Notes: a model not told the origin generated them from the sequence alone. A stretch of 64,000 nt of DNA from Eledone cirrhosa (GCA_964016885.1 OZ024741.1:237894001-237958000), one strand, 5' to 3'. Counted from the first letter of the stretch, positions 1 through 11,977 are shown. Numbers and translations are program-made.

Positions 1-200
1 CACCACCACCAACAACAACATCACTAAAGCCACTACTATCCTCACCAACACCAATAAACGCATGCAACTACTAAATACACACACACACCTCCACCACCTT
101 CATCTCCAACACCCCAACCCACATCATCTCCATTACCACCACCTCCACCACCACCATGAAATACAAACTATCAAACCTTCCCTAAAAACAACAACAATAA
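1..200. repeat. CAC/CAA-rich low-complexity triplet region
   Basis: Degenerate (CAC)n/(CAA)n runs read directly from the sequence. Confidence 0.7.
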
Positions 201-337
201 CACAGGCACGGATATCATCAGTCATTTCTGATCTATCACTTTCTGATTGTCTCCAAACATACCTGTAATACACCACTGCAAACGCCACCTGTACCATCTC
301 AGTGGTTTTAACATTGACTACTGGTAGTGACCACAGC

Positions 338-1365
338 TGTGTGTGTGTGGGTGTGTGTGTGTTTGTGTTTGTGTGTGTGGGTGTATTTGTGTGTGAGTGT
401 GTGCATTTGTGTGTCTGTGCATTTGTGTGTGTGTGTGTGTTTGTGTGTGTGTGTTTGTGTTTGTGTGGGTGTGCATTTGTGTGTATTTGTGTGTGTGGGT
501 GTATTTGTGTGTGAGTGTGTGCATTTGTGTGTCTGTGCATTTATGTGTGTGTGTGTGTGTTTGTGTGTTTGTGTGGGTGTGCATTTGTGTGTATTTGTGT
601 GTGTGGGTGTATTTGTGTGTGAGTGTGTGCATTTGTGTGTCTGTGCATTTGTGTGTGTGTGTGGGTGTGTGTGTGTGTGTGTTTGTGTTTGTGTGGGTGT
701 GCATTTGTGTGTATTTGTGTGTGTGGGTGTATTTGTGTGTGAGTGTGTGCATTTGTGTGTCTGTGCATTTGTGTGTGTGTGTGTGTTTGTGTGTGTGTGT
801 TTCTGTGTGTGTGGGTGTGCATTTGTGTGTATTTGTGTGTGTGGGTGTATTTGTGTGTGAGTGTGTGCATTTGTGTGTCTGTGCATTTATGTGTGTGTGT
901 GTGTTTGTGTGTTTGTGTTTGTGTGGGTGTGCATTTGTGTGTATTTGTGTGTGTGGGTGTATTTGTGTGTGAGTGTGTGCATTTGTGTGTCTGTGCATTT
1001 GTGTGTGTGTGTGTGTTTGTGTGTGTGTGTTTGTGTTTGTGTGGGTGTGCATTTGTGTGTATTTGTGTGTGTGGGTGTATTTGTGTGTGAGTGTGTGCAT
1101 TTGTGTGTCTGTGCATTTGTGTGTGTGTGTGTGTTTGTGTGTGTGTGTTTGTGTGTGTGTGGGTGTGCATTTGTGTGTATTTGTGTGTGTGGGTGTATTT
1201 GTGTGTGAGTGTGTGCATTTGTGTGTCTGTGCATTTGTGTGTGTGTGTGTGTTTGTGTGTGTGTGTTTGTGTTTGTGTGGGTGTGCATTTGTGTGTATTT
1301 GTGTGTGTGGGTGTATTTGTGTGTGAGTGTGTGCATTTGTGTGTCTGTGCATTTGTGTGTGTGTT
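338..1365. repeat. GT-derived minisatellite, unit ~108-120 bp, about 9 copies
   Basis: The marker GAGTGTGTGCATTTGTGTGTCTGTGCATTT recurs near 395, 513, 621, 741, 859, 971, 1089, 1207 and 1325. Unit length varies with internal (GT)n length. Confidence 0.95.
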
Positions 1366-1680
1366 TGAGTACGTGTGTTATCTGGTTGTGCAGTACCAAT
1401 AGAAATTGCTGACATGCCCACACACACACACGCACACATGAATATATACTCATACATGTAACTATCCCAATTCTCTTCATATACACACACGCTCACACAC
1501 ACACACACACACACATATATATACACATATGTATTTGATACATACATATACATATATACTTTTAAATAATTGTTCATATTTATATGTGTATATTATGGGG
1601 TATATTTATTTACATGTATTTTCATAGCATGTGTTCATTATACTAATACATGCACACACATATACAAATATATATGTGTG

Positions 1681-1713
<33 letters not shown>

Positions 1714-1716
1714 CCT

Positions 1717-1865
1717 GGAGGTATACACATGGCTTAGTGGTTAGAGCATTGGCCTTGCAATCGAAAGGTTGTGAGTTCAATTCTCAGACCGGGTGATGTG
1801 TTGTTTCCTTGAGCAAGACACTTTATTTCACATTGCTCCAGTTTACTCAGCTGCAGAAATGAGAT
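1717..1865 (+). mobile_element. tRNA-derived SINE 5' part with CORE-like domain (family A)
   Basis: Pol III A box TGGCTTAGTGG (1730-1740) and B box GAGTTCAATTC (1773-1783). These are followed by TCCTTGAGCAAGACACTT...CCAGTTTACTCAGCTGCAGAAATG, resembling the MIR/CORE domain. A second copy lies at 6108. Confidence 0.8.
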
Positions 1866-1898
1866 TGATAGGGACTGGGGTCCATATCATTCCACTGC

Positions 1899-2072
1899 AA
1901 AGTGGTCATGGAGGTGCCACGGCAAAAAAGCACCCAGCACTCACTGTAAATGAGGTTGGTGTTAGGGAGGGCATCCAGCTGTAGAAATCAAGCCAGCATC
2001 AGTTCCCGTCCCACCCTTGCAAGCAGGGAAAAAGCGGACGTAAAATGAAATGATGAATGATGATGATGATGA
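1899..2072 (+). mobile_element. Non-autonomous retroposon 3' module ending in (ATG)n tail
   Basis: GGTGCCACGGCAAAAAAGCACCCAG...GTTGGTGTTAGGGAGGGCATCCAGCTGTAGAAA...GCGGACGTAAAATG(ATG)n. The same module recurs at 2200, 3410, 10090 and, inverted, at 9400. Confidence 0.75.
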
Positions 2073-2121
2073 TACCTGCATATCTCCCCGTGAAAACACA
2101 CACACACATATACATAAATAA

Positions 2122-2158
<37 letters not shown>

Positions 2159-2199
2159 CATGCTGAAGCATATAAACAATATGCCCCCACACCCCCACC

Positions 2200-2470
2200 G
2201 CAAGGTGGTCGTGGAGGTGCCACGGCAAAAAAGCACCCAGCCCACACTGTAAAGTGGACGTGTAGGCGCCACGAAAAAGCACCCAGCACTCACTGTAAAT
2301 GAGGTTGGTGTTAGGAAGGGCATCCAGCTGTAGAAATCAAGCCAGATCAGTTCCTGTATGAGCAAGGCATGGTCAGCCGACCAGACACTGCACACAATAG
2401 GACAACCCGTCTAACCCATGCTAGCGTGGAAGAACGGACATAAAACGGTGATGATGATGATGATGATGAT
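2200..2470 (+). mobile_element. Retroposon 3' module with (ATG)n tail, second copy
   Basis: Near-identical to 1899-1995, with an extra ~49-bp internal unit. Ends CCCATGCTAGCGTGGAAGAACGGACATAAAACGG(TGA)n. Confidence 0.8.
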
Positions 2471-2736
2471 ACATATATATATATATATATGTGTGTGTGT
2501 ATATATATATGTGTGTGTGTATATGTATATATATATGTGTGGGTGTACATATACTTCTCTATGTATTCATAGATACTATGATAGGAATCAATTTATACGT
2601 GTTTACAGGGACTGTGGAAACCTACCTCATTAAAAAAAAATAGTAATAGTAAGGTATAGTGTAAAAATATTCCAGTAATTTAGCATGTTTAATATATATA
2701 GATAGATAGATAGATAGACAGGATGATATGATAGAT

Positions 2737-2754
2737 ATGGAAGATGGACGTTAA

Positions 2755-2791
<37 letters not shown>
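2737..2791 (+). mobile_element. Extreme 3' stub of the (ATG)n-tailed retroposon
   Basis: ATGGAAGATGGACGTTAAATG followed by (ATG)n; matches 10306-10338. Confidence 0.6.
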
Positions 2792-2792
<1 letters not shown>

Positions 2793-2807
2793 ATATATAT
2801 ATAGAAA

Positions 2808-3001
2808 TTTAATATAGAAATGGCTTCTACAGGACTAGTGTTTCATTCAAAAGAAATCATCAAGCTTTCCTGATGATTTATTTTGAATGAAACAGTTCTA
2901 GTCCTGTAGAAGCCATTTCTATATTAAACTCTTGATGTTTATACTCTACTAATGTATTGAGTACCTTACTAACTGTGATTACCCTGATTGAATTCGGGAC
3001 T
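2808..3001 (+). mobile_element. Fold-back insert in a microsatellite; putative Penelope-like/retrozyme-like terminal fragment
   Basis: Inverted arms 2808-2862 and 2871-2928. The right arm carries a hammerhead core and is followed by ACTCTACTA...GTATTGAGTAC (2943-2964). The insert is flanked by (TA)n and (CA)n. Confidence 0.65.
2864..2913 (+). ncRNA. Type I hammerhead ribozyme motif
   Basis: CTGATGA (2870-2876), short weak stem II, GAAA (2889-2892), stem III ACAG/CTGT (2892-2895/2904-2907). The predicted cleavage triplet is GUA (after 2908). Stem I GCTTTC/GAAGC has one bulge. Confidence 0.65.
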
Positions 3002-3074
3002 CACACAAACACACACACATATATATCTATTTATCTACCTACCTTTTCAAAAGCCGGAAATTCAGCTTCTTACA

Positions 3075-3186
3075 TTATATGTGTATATGTATATATGTAT
3101 ATATATGTATATATATGTATATATGTATATATGTATATATGTATCTCTCTCTCTATATATATATATGTTTATATATGTGTATATAT

Positions 3187-3233
<47 letters not shown>

Positions 3234-3243
3234 AACACACACG

Positions 3244-3329
<86 letters not shown>

Positions 3330-3331
3330 TA
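3075..3331. repeat. (TA)n / (TATG)n microsatellite
   Basis: Direct reading. Confidence 0.95.
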
Positions 3332-3399
3332 GGCCATGTGTATGATAGGCCGTGTTTATCCAGTTTAGAATAACTATGCTCAATCCCTGTGCGTCATAA

Positions 3400-3527
3400 G
3401 AAATGACTAAAAGCGTTAGTGTCAGGAAGGGCATCTGACTGTAAAATGTTGCCTCAAAAATCTCATCAATCCCATGCCTCCTCCATGGAAAAGTCCACAT
3501 AAAAACAATGATGATGATGGTGATGAT
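3400..3527 (+). mobile_element. Diverged retroposon 3' module with (ATG)n tail
   Basis: GTTAGTGTCAGGAAGGGCATCTGACTGTAAAA...CCCATGCC...CATGGAAAAGTCCACATAAAAACA(ATG)n. Confidence 0.65.
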
Positions 3528-3821
3528 ATACAGAATACATAATGTTTGTATATGCACACATGCTTCATTTATTTAGATACCCCCACCAAAAAAACCACCT
3601 CTGCATGGCCCCTCTTATACCTACAAGTGCATTTAACAGATCCCATATTGTAGAAATTTCTATCTATATTGGTGTTATGTATATATTCCTGCAGTGAACA
3701 CACAATCAGACACATGTACACATATATACACATATTTACATATATTCACATAGAAACAGATAGACACTTTTGACCTACATCTATATATACACATATATAT
3801 TTAAGTTATGTATGTGTGTCA

Positions 3822-3892
<71 letters not shown>

Positions 3893-4114
3893 CACAGTCA
3901 TAGATATATATACACACACATATATATGTATATATTTATATATATATATATATATATGAATGTGGGTGTGTGTGTGAGAGTGTGTATGTGTGTATACATG
4001 CGTATATTTGTCACATGTGATTTAGGATGCAGCTATTCAATATTTAAGCAAAGCCTTGATCTGTTATATTTACCTGTCTATCTATCTATCTATCTATTTA
4101 TTTTTATATTTTAT

Positions 4115-4209
4115 TATTGCCTCCTCCTTATTGAGGACGCCTTGTTTTGTAAACTCCCCCCATTGTACTTGTCCCACTTTTGATGCCCTGGTGGCAAATA
4201 AAAGAAACA

Positions 4210-4281
<72 letters not shown>

Positions 4282-4300
4282 CACCCATCTGTCTGTCTAT
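4115..4300 (+). mobile_element. Possible LINE 3' UTR stub with (ATCT)n tail
   Basis: About 95 bp of complex sequence ending GGTGGCAAATAAAAGAAAC, directly followed by a pure (ATCT)n tract. The family could not be identified. Confidence 0.4.
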
Positions 4301-4395
4301 CTATATTTCTATCTATTTATATATCTATCTCTGTGCCCACCCACAAATCTATCCCCCCTTTCCCCCCTTCCATTCCACATATTCTTTCTCTCTTT

Positions 4396-4434
<39 letters not shown>

Positions 4435-5344
4435 CATACACACATACACATATACACAACACACATACTCACACACACATATGCACAAACATATACAGAT
4501 ACATGCACTTGCAAACGCACACTCACACACTTGACATTGAATTCATTATCTCAGTTCATGCATGCATATATATATATATATATGTTTATACAACTAGGTT
4601 TTATAAACACATTTATATGTATATATAAATGAATTTGTTACCATGTATGTATATATAAGATAATGAATGTACTACATACATAAGTATATATAACAATACA
4701 CTTACATTTATTTACCCAACAAATCACCTTAGAATGTGTGCATGTATGTATGTTTGCATGTTTGTATTTATATATATATATATATATGTATTTTTTATAT
4801 ATATATATATATCCATACATACAAGGAAACTGAATATGTAAATACATGTACATATATTCTTTTCTGTGGTGATGTTTAAATATTTATCTCTACATTTCTG
4901 ATGATGTATATATATAACAAAGTCACAGTCAATATGTATCATCATGTGTACACATTTGTGAGTGTATAACATTTAATAATATCAGCAAGAATAGGTGTGT
5001 ATACACGAAATCTGCACACATATGTACGTGTACGAACAAATATTTACATATGTGCATATATAAGCAAGTATATTTGATTGTGTTGTAGCTAGAGTGAAGC
5101 ATACTGCTATCCATATATATATATATATATATATACCTTCTCATTTGATAACACCACATCTCATGTAAGATACCTCCCTCTCAGCTCTCTGTACTTTTTC
5201 ACTTTCACTTTAAAGTGTTTTTATCATCAATTTTTGATTTGGTGGGAATTGTCATCAATCTACATGTGTATACTATCTCTTTCTCCTGCCCTATATGATG
5301 TTTCCAATTCTTTATGATATGATATGATATGATATGATATGATA

Positions 5345-5383
<39 letters not shown>

Positions 5384-5460
5384 TATATTTCTCTCTCTGT
5401 GTGTGTAGACCAATACATATATATCTACATACGCACATACACATACACATACATATATAT

Positions 5461-5570
5461 ATTAGAACCTTTATTTTTTTATTTAGATTTATTTTTATTA
5501 ATATGCATTGAGTACTCCATTAAAATGGGTCGACTTTGCTTTGCTTTTTACCTAAGAACATTTGAAATTC
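5461..5570 (+). mobile_element. Short insert between microsatellites sharing the ATTGAGTAC box (putative PLE-type 3' stub)
   Basis: ATTGAGTAC at 5507-5515, about 55 nt before the insert ends in (CA)n. The two fold-back inserts have the same layout. Confidence 0.4.
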
Positions 5571-5649
5571 ACACATACTCACATACAAACACAGTGACAT
5601 CTGTACATATAAGTCTCTCTCTCTCTCTATATATATATATATACATATA

Positions 5650-6107
<458 letters not shown>

Positions 6108-6226
6108 GAAGGCGTGTGGCTGTGTGGTTAGAGAATTGGATTCGCAATCGTAAGGTTGTGAGTTCGATTCTTGGACCAGGTGATGCGTTATGTCCTTGAG
6201 CAAGACACTTTATTTCACGTTGCTCC
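6108..6226 (+). mobile_element. tRNA-derived SINE head with CORE-like domain (family A)
   Basis: A box TGGCTGTGTGG, B box GAGTTCGATTC, then GTCCTTGAGCAAGACACTTTATTTCACGTTGCTCC. Homologous to 1717-1840. Confidence 0.8.
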
Positions 6227-6534
6227 TTCTACCTGGAGTTGCGACCGATAGATAGTATTAGCAATTGGAAAGACCAACGGAAACATTGTTCCCTCGGTCC
6301 GATTTGACGAAAGTCGATCGTTCCTTTTTTATATATATCAATGTATATTGTTCTTCTTTCTACACATTGGCTAAGATGCTATTGACCCCCTGTCTGTTTA
6401 ATTACACATGTGGAGTAGGACCTGAAAGAGGAATCAAAGAAAAGGATGTGAAAGAAACAGCCTACCACAAGGTTTTTCATCATTGCTAATGTTCATGTTA
6501 CTACAGTGAGCATGTAGCTTCCTCCAACGGCACT

Positions 6535-6679
6535 CCTGCTGCTGCTGCTGCTGCTGATACTGTTACTACTGCTGCTGCTGCTGCTGCTGAGGTGTTGTTG
6601 CTGCTGCTGCTGAGGTGTTGTTGCTGCTGTTGCTGCTGTTGCTTGTTGTTGCTGCTGCTCTTACTACTACTACTACTAG

Positions 6680-6722
<43 letters not shown>

Positions 6723-6803
6723 GCTACTACTACTACTACTACTACTACTACCACTACCACTACTACTACTACTACTACCACCACCACCACCACCACCACC
6801 ACC

Positions 6804-6847
<44 letters not shown>

Positions 6848-7105
6848 CACCACCACCACTACTACTGCTACTACTACTACTACTGTTGCTGCTGTTGCTG
6901 CTGCTGCAGTGCTTTTGTGACAATAGTCACGCTGCAACGATACAGCAACAATGAAGCAGGGTGGGGTGGGGGGGATATCAGTGGTTTTTCAAATTGGTAC
7001 TACTACTACTACTACTACTACTACTATTATCTCAGCTATGTTGCTATCGTGTTGTTGTTGTTGCTGTTGTTGTTGCAGCTGATTTTTGTTGTTGTCATCA
7101 TTGTT
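6535..7105. repeat. Compound trinucleotide microsatellite (CTG)n/(TTG)n/(CTA)n/(CCA)n
   Basis: Direct reading; a further (TAC)n/(TTG)n block lies at ~6998-7105. Confidence 0.9.
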
Positions 7106-7134
7106 GATGTCCTTCTTCAACTGTGTTCATCTTA

Positions 7135-7315
7135 ACAATTACTACATGTTTCTACTTATTACGTCGTTAGTTAATAGGTGCTACTTACTACATGTCACTG
7201 CTTAGTATATGTTACTAGTCAGTGCATGTTAGTCAATGCTATATGTCACTGGTTAGTACATGTTTCTAGTTATTACATCTTAGTCAATGGTACATGTTAC
7301 TTGCATACTACTAGT
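7135..7315. repeat. Decayed short-period repeat (TACATGTTACT-like)
   Basis: TACATGTT/TATATGTT/TACATGTC motifs recur every ~17-22 bp. Confidence 0.5.
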
Positions 7316-7510
7316 TCCTTTTAACTTTCTGATTGCTCTCTAAGTATATCTTAATTGTTTCATAGACACCCACATTACACACGCACACACACACACATCT
7401 ACACACACACCTACACACACACACACACATATATATATTTCTTAATATACATATTTCAACACACTTTATATTATGGTAATATCAAATGCTTGATGCATCT
7501 AATAGAGTCA

Positions 7511-7635
7511 TAATAATTGTTTCTACTTTTGGCACAAGGCCAGCAATTACCCAGTACATTACTGGTACTTTATTTTATCGACCCCGTAAGGATGAAAGGC
7601 AAAGTCAACCTCGGCGGGATTTGAACTCAGATCAT
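7511..7635 (-). mobile_element. SINE family B, 5'-truncated, (ATT)n tail
   Basis: The reverse complement reads CTGAGTTCAAATCCCGCCGAGGTTGACTTTGCCTTTCATCCTTACGGGGTCGATAAAATAAAGTACCAGT...TAGAAACAATTATTA. It includes a B box and is near-identical to 42655-42778. Confidence 0.9.
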
Positions 7636-8156
7636 AGTCATAATAATAATGTAATCTAATATATATGTAAGGATATATATGCAATATACACTTGGAAATA
7701 CATATGTTGTCTTTAAAATAATATTAAATTTACATATTCAGTCTATCTATCTATTGACACACATATATATGAATACATGCATACATGCGCATATAAATAC
7801 AAACATATACACACATACACATATATATACATCAGTGAAGGTACTTTTATTTCTACTTGGGTCAATCTGCCAATAATATTGTGTGTATGCTTTAATCGAA
7901 GGTATGCAGTTCAATTTGATTTGGTTTATGCGTTTGCATATATATGCGTTTGCAGTTGCACCTATACAATTGCTCTCTGTGTCTGTGTGTTCGACAGCAC
8001 GTGCTTAATTTGTGTATGCATCTATTCAGATTGCTGTGCCATCAGAAGCCAACTTGTCATTGTGTGGTTACTGAGCCTGTATCCAGCCAGTCCCTAACCC
8101 TAACATTCCTTATTAGCTACCGGTGTGTGTTGATGTTCTTATTCTACCTTATATAG

Positions 8157-8239
8157 AAACAGCAGTCTGTCTACAAAGGATAACATCTGAACAGCTAATT
8201 TATCAGATATACATTGATGTCTATGGCTGGGAGCAGTTT
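8157..8239 (+). CDS. Candidate isolated internal exon (83 nt), product unknown
   Basis: Pyrimidine-rich acceptor TTCTTATTCTACCTTATATAG and strong donor GTAAGT. One open frame (..TAVCLQRITSEQLIYQIYIDVYGWEQF) lies in unique sequence. No family recognised. Confidence 0.35.
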
Positions 8240-9117
8240 GTAAGTTTTTGTTAAAGCTGTCGTACTGGTAAGAATTCCGGGCAACAGTTTGTTTGATGAA
8301 AATATTCCCCTCAAAACCAAAAGCTATATGAGAATATTACCATTTTATTCATCAACAACCATAATTTTCTCCTCCTCTCATCATCTTCTTAAAAAAATTG
8401 GTAATAGTAAATGGCATGTTGCTTGGCGGTTGAGTAAGCAGCAAATATAGAGCGAAATGGAAGTGATAACTGTTAGTTACAAGTTCTGTACCCATTGTTT
8501 ATTGGATCAAATATCAACCAGGATTGTTTACAACTTTTTCGCCTATCTAACATATAATATGAGGCAGCAACAATGTGTTGGGGCATTGAACAAGACTGAA
8601 TGTTGTTTGATGGCATATGGACCATGGTTCAAACCTTGGGAGAAACAGTCTCCTCTAGTTAACAGTTTTACAATTAACCACAAGGAACGTTTCTGGAATA
8701 AACTCTGATTCTCCACCCTCACTCAGGATGTTGAAAATAGGGGGTAGGGAGAGCAAGAAAGATATTTCCATATGAAAAAATAGGATCACATTAATGAGTT
8801 GAAGAACCATAACAAAAAAAAAAAAAAATCAATACCAAACAAAAAACATTTTAATAAATAAAATATGGGAAATAAGATGTAGATGAAATTGGGGTTGGTG
8901 GAGAGATGGACATTTTCATAGTGTATCAGTGTTGTTGTTGTTGTTATTATTTTTATTATTATCATTATTAATGTTATCATTATTTAGTAGTTGGCCTTGT
9001 ACAATTATTTAGTATCTCTATGTTTATTGCGTGATTTCTCATTTAACTGGTGAGTGTAGCTCGGTGTACTTTGGGCATGTTTAGTGTTATGCCTTGCTGT
9101 TGTTTCTATTGCATTTC

Positions 9118-9330
9118 ATGGCAGAATCATTAGCTTGTTGTAGTATTTAGTGGCATTTGATCCAACTCTTTATATTCTGAGTTCAAATCTCTCAGAGGTC
9201 AACTTTGCTTTTCATTCTTCCAGGGTTGATAAAGTATAGTACCAGTCATGTACCAGTCAATTTAATCGCCTTACCCTTAACCCCCAAATTTCTGGCCTCG
9301 TGACTAAATTAGAAATCATTATTATTATTT
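9118..9330 (+). mobile_element. SINE family B, longer diverged form
   Basis: TGGCAGAATCATTAG (A-box-like)...CTGAGTTCAAATC (B box)...GGTCAACTTTGCTTTTCATTC...GTACCAGT...TTAGAAATC(ATT)n. Confidence 0.8.
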
Positions 9331-9395
9331 TTTTTTGTTATTTCCTCAGTAATTTTATTTCCATTGTGCACTTTCACTGAATGTATGTATGTATG

Positions 9396-9566
9396 TCATC
9401 ACCACCATCATCACCATCATCATCCCCATTGCTTTGCATGCTTGCATGGATTAGTTAAATTGACTTGTTGTGAACCAAGTCAGATCAGATGACTGTTTTG
9501 CTTATACAGAACTCTTTGTGATTTGGTTTCTATGGACGTGCCACCAACATGACCACGTTACAGTGA
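9396..9566 (-). mobile_element. Diverged inverted copy of the (ATG)n-tailed retroposon module
   Basis: (CAT)n-like tail, CATGCTTGCATGG, GGTTTCTATGG and CCACGTTACAGTG are reverse complements of motifs in 10180-10340. Confidence 0.55.
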
Positions 9567-9571
9567 TATAC

Positions 9572-9615
<44 letters not shown>

Positions 9616-9616
9616 A

Positions 9617-9965
<349 letters not shown>

Positions 9966-10089
9966 ACCTACAGTCTGTAGGCACCTCTTAACCAAAATAC
10001 ACCCCCATCCCACTACCCCTACCCCCACCCTCATCTACAGCACCCCTTTCGATGTAAAGTTATGTTGGTACCACAACATCCAGTCCTAA

Positions 10090-10340
10090 ATAAATGAGGT
10101 CGTGTAGGTGTCATGACAAAAAAAAAACACAGTCCACGCTGTAATGTGGGCGTGTAGGTAACATGGTAAAAACCTCCCAGTCCACACTGTAAACGTGGTT
10201 GGTGTTAGGAAGAGTATCCAGCCGTAGAAAACCTGCCAGACAGTCCTGAGCAAGACAACCAATCTTGCCTCAAGTGGGACAATTCCCGTCCAGACCCATG
10301 CTAGCATGGAAGATGGATGTTAAACGATGATGATGATGTT
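10090..10340 (+). mobile_element. Retroposon 3' module with two internal ~50-bp units and (ATG)n tail
   Basis: CAGTCCACACTGTAAACGTGGTTGGTGTTAGGAAGAGTATCCAGCCGTAGAAA...CCCATGCTAGCATGGAAGATGGATGTTAAACG(ATG)n. Confidence 0.8.
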
Positions 10341-10625
10341 GATATATATATATACACACATACATAACTTGTGAACATGCAGTGTTTTGTCATGTTTTTT
10401 CTTCAGTATACATTTTATTTTATTGTAAGTATTCTATGTTATATATGTGTGCAATGCCTATATGCTATACATCACTAGATTAACCATTAAGCAAACTAAG
10501 CACACACTTAGGGCATCAATGGTAGAAGGGCATCATAGAGATTTTCCATTTGTTGAATTTACCATGGAGTATATAGAGCAGCTGGACCAAGATTTAAAAA
10601 AGGGAAAGCAGATGTTAAATGACGA

Positions 10626-10661
<36 letters not shown>

Positions 10662-10855
10662 ATTTGTATTTGAAAAGCCAAAACAATGCAGGTATGGACA
10701 TAGAATAAAGAATGCAAATGCAAAAGATATTGTTGACAATTAGTCTTTTACCTTAGATTTATTTAAATGTCCTTAATTTTCGAGATAATATCTCTTCTTC
10801 GGAGGGAAGTAAAGCGGTTAAACCAGTGTTCTAAATAGCTTGCCAAGTCATGCTG

Positions 10856-10863
<8 letters not shown>

Positions 10864-10928
<65 letters not shown>
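10864..10928. repeat. Pure (GT)n microsatellite
   Basis: Direct reading. Confidence 0.95.
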
Positions 10929-10930
<2 letters not shown>

Positions 10931-10979
10931 TGTAGTGCATCTGAGCACTATACACAATAATATTCATTATTATTAGTGA

Positions 10980-11168
10980 ATGGCAGCAGTATCGGTAGAG
11001 GGTTGGACGCCATCCTTTCTAGCATAGTTACATCTCTTTACAGTCTGAGTTCAAATCCCGCCAAGGTTAACTTTGCCTTTCATCCTTACGGGGTCGATAA
11101 AATAAAGTACCAGTAATGTACTGGGTTATTGCTGGCCTTCTGTCTAAAGTAGAAACAATTATTATTAT
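10980..11168 (+). mobile_element. SINE family B, near full-length short form
   Basis: TGGCAGCAGTATCGGTAG (A-box-like), CTGAGTTCAAATCCC (B box), body as at 7511 and 42655, and an (ATT)n tail. Confidence 0.85.
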
Positions 11169-11235
11169 ATATATAAATGTATATGTATATATATATATAT
11201 ACATACACACACACAAACACACAAACACATATATA

Positions 11236-11340
11236 CGAGGTGTCCCCAAAAATATATACACACTTCAACAGCATTCTAATAAATATTGCCTGTACAGGTA
11301 ATCAAAGTATGCATACATATTTTGGGGACACCTTACCCTG
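11236..11340. mobile_element. Tc1/mariner-type MITE, copy 1
   Basis: TA|CGAGGTGTCCCCAAAAATAT...ATATTTTGGGGACACCTTACCCTG|TA: terminal inverted repeats of the CAGGGTGTCCC type with flanking TA. Confidence 0.75.
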
Positions 11341-11352
11341 TATATATGTATT

Positions 11353-11453
11353 CAGGATGTCCCCACCAAAATGTATACAAACTTTGATTAGCTGTACAAG
11401 CAATATTTATTAGAATGCTGTTGAAGTGTGTATATATTTTTGGGAACACCCTG
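11353..11453. mobile_element. Tc1/mariner-type MITE, copy 2, opposite orientation
   Basis: CAGGATGTCCCCACCAAAATG...TTTTTGGGAACACCCTG|TA. The interior is the reverse complement of copy 1 (GCAATATTTATTAGAATGCTGTTGAAGTGTG). Confidence 0.75.
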
Positions 11454-11504
11454 TATATACATACGAACACAAACATTTGTACAAACACATGGAAGAGCCT
11501 TTAT

Positions 11505-11690
11505 GATATGGTCGTTCATCCTGCTAGAAATGGTAGCCAAATCTGCCTGAAATTACATCCCACTGTCTGAAAAATAATACATCGGATAATGTGATGATGG
11601 GTTCAATGCACTTAGGAAAAAGACTGGATGATTATAATTTTATCTACCAAATTACAGCTGACTGGGGGCTAAATAAAAACAATACCAATA
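11505..11690 (+). mobile_element. Probable interspersed-repeat 3' fragment with AAC-type tail
   Basis: Ends GCTGACTGGGGGCTAAATAAAAACAA. An inverted related end (GTTGTTGTCTAGCTACAGTTCAACCCTGATC) occurs at 27672-27702. Confidence 0.35.
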
Positions 11691-11924
11691 CTCTTTAAAA
11701 ACATTTATTGAAATCATTTTAGTAACAATTATTTAAATAGAAATAAGAATTTAAATTTCTCTAAGACTAAATTAAAATTTGTATAAATGTTGTATAAATA
11801 GCATTAATAAGAATGAGTTAGTTATACCTGGGTATTGAAATTGAGACATATGGTTTAGATTGGTAATAAACTTATCAATGTCCCATACTATGCATTCAAT
11901 ATCAAGGAGTGACCAATTGATTAC

Positions 11925-11977
11925 TACTTGATTGATATTTATATTATTGACCGATAATGAAAGATAAAGACAACTTT
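11925..11977 (-). mobile_element. Highly decayed SINE family B fragment
   Basis: TTGATATTTATATTATTGACCGATAATGAAAGATAAAGACAAC resembles 7562-7610. Confidence 0.35.

Noticed and set aside
1717-1795. Possible tRNA genes (also 6108-6180)
   Set aside because: A and B boxes are present, but no convincing acceptor stem is seen and the sequence continues into a SINE body.
4895-4925. Other CTGATGA occurrences (4898 on +, ~217 on -) as hammerheads
   Set aside because: No downstream GAAA box or supporting stems.
8457-8708. 83-aa ORF in unique sequence (also 6265-6489)
   Set aside because: Short, with no recognisable motif or splice support; expected by chance.
10447-10659. Protein-like ORF (..HRDFPFVEFTMEYIEQLDQDLKKGKQMLNDDD)
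   Set aside because: No recognisable family and no clear splice donor. Its 3' end is the retroposon tail motif GGAAAGCAGATGTTAAATGACGATGAT.
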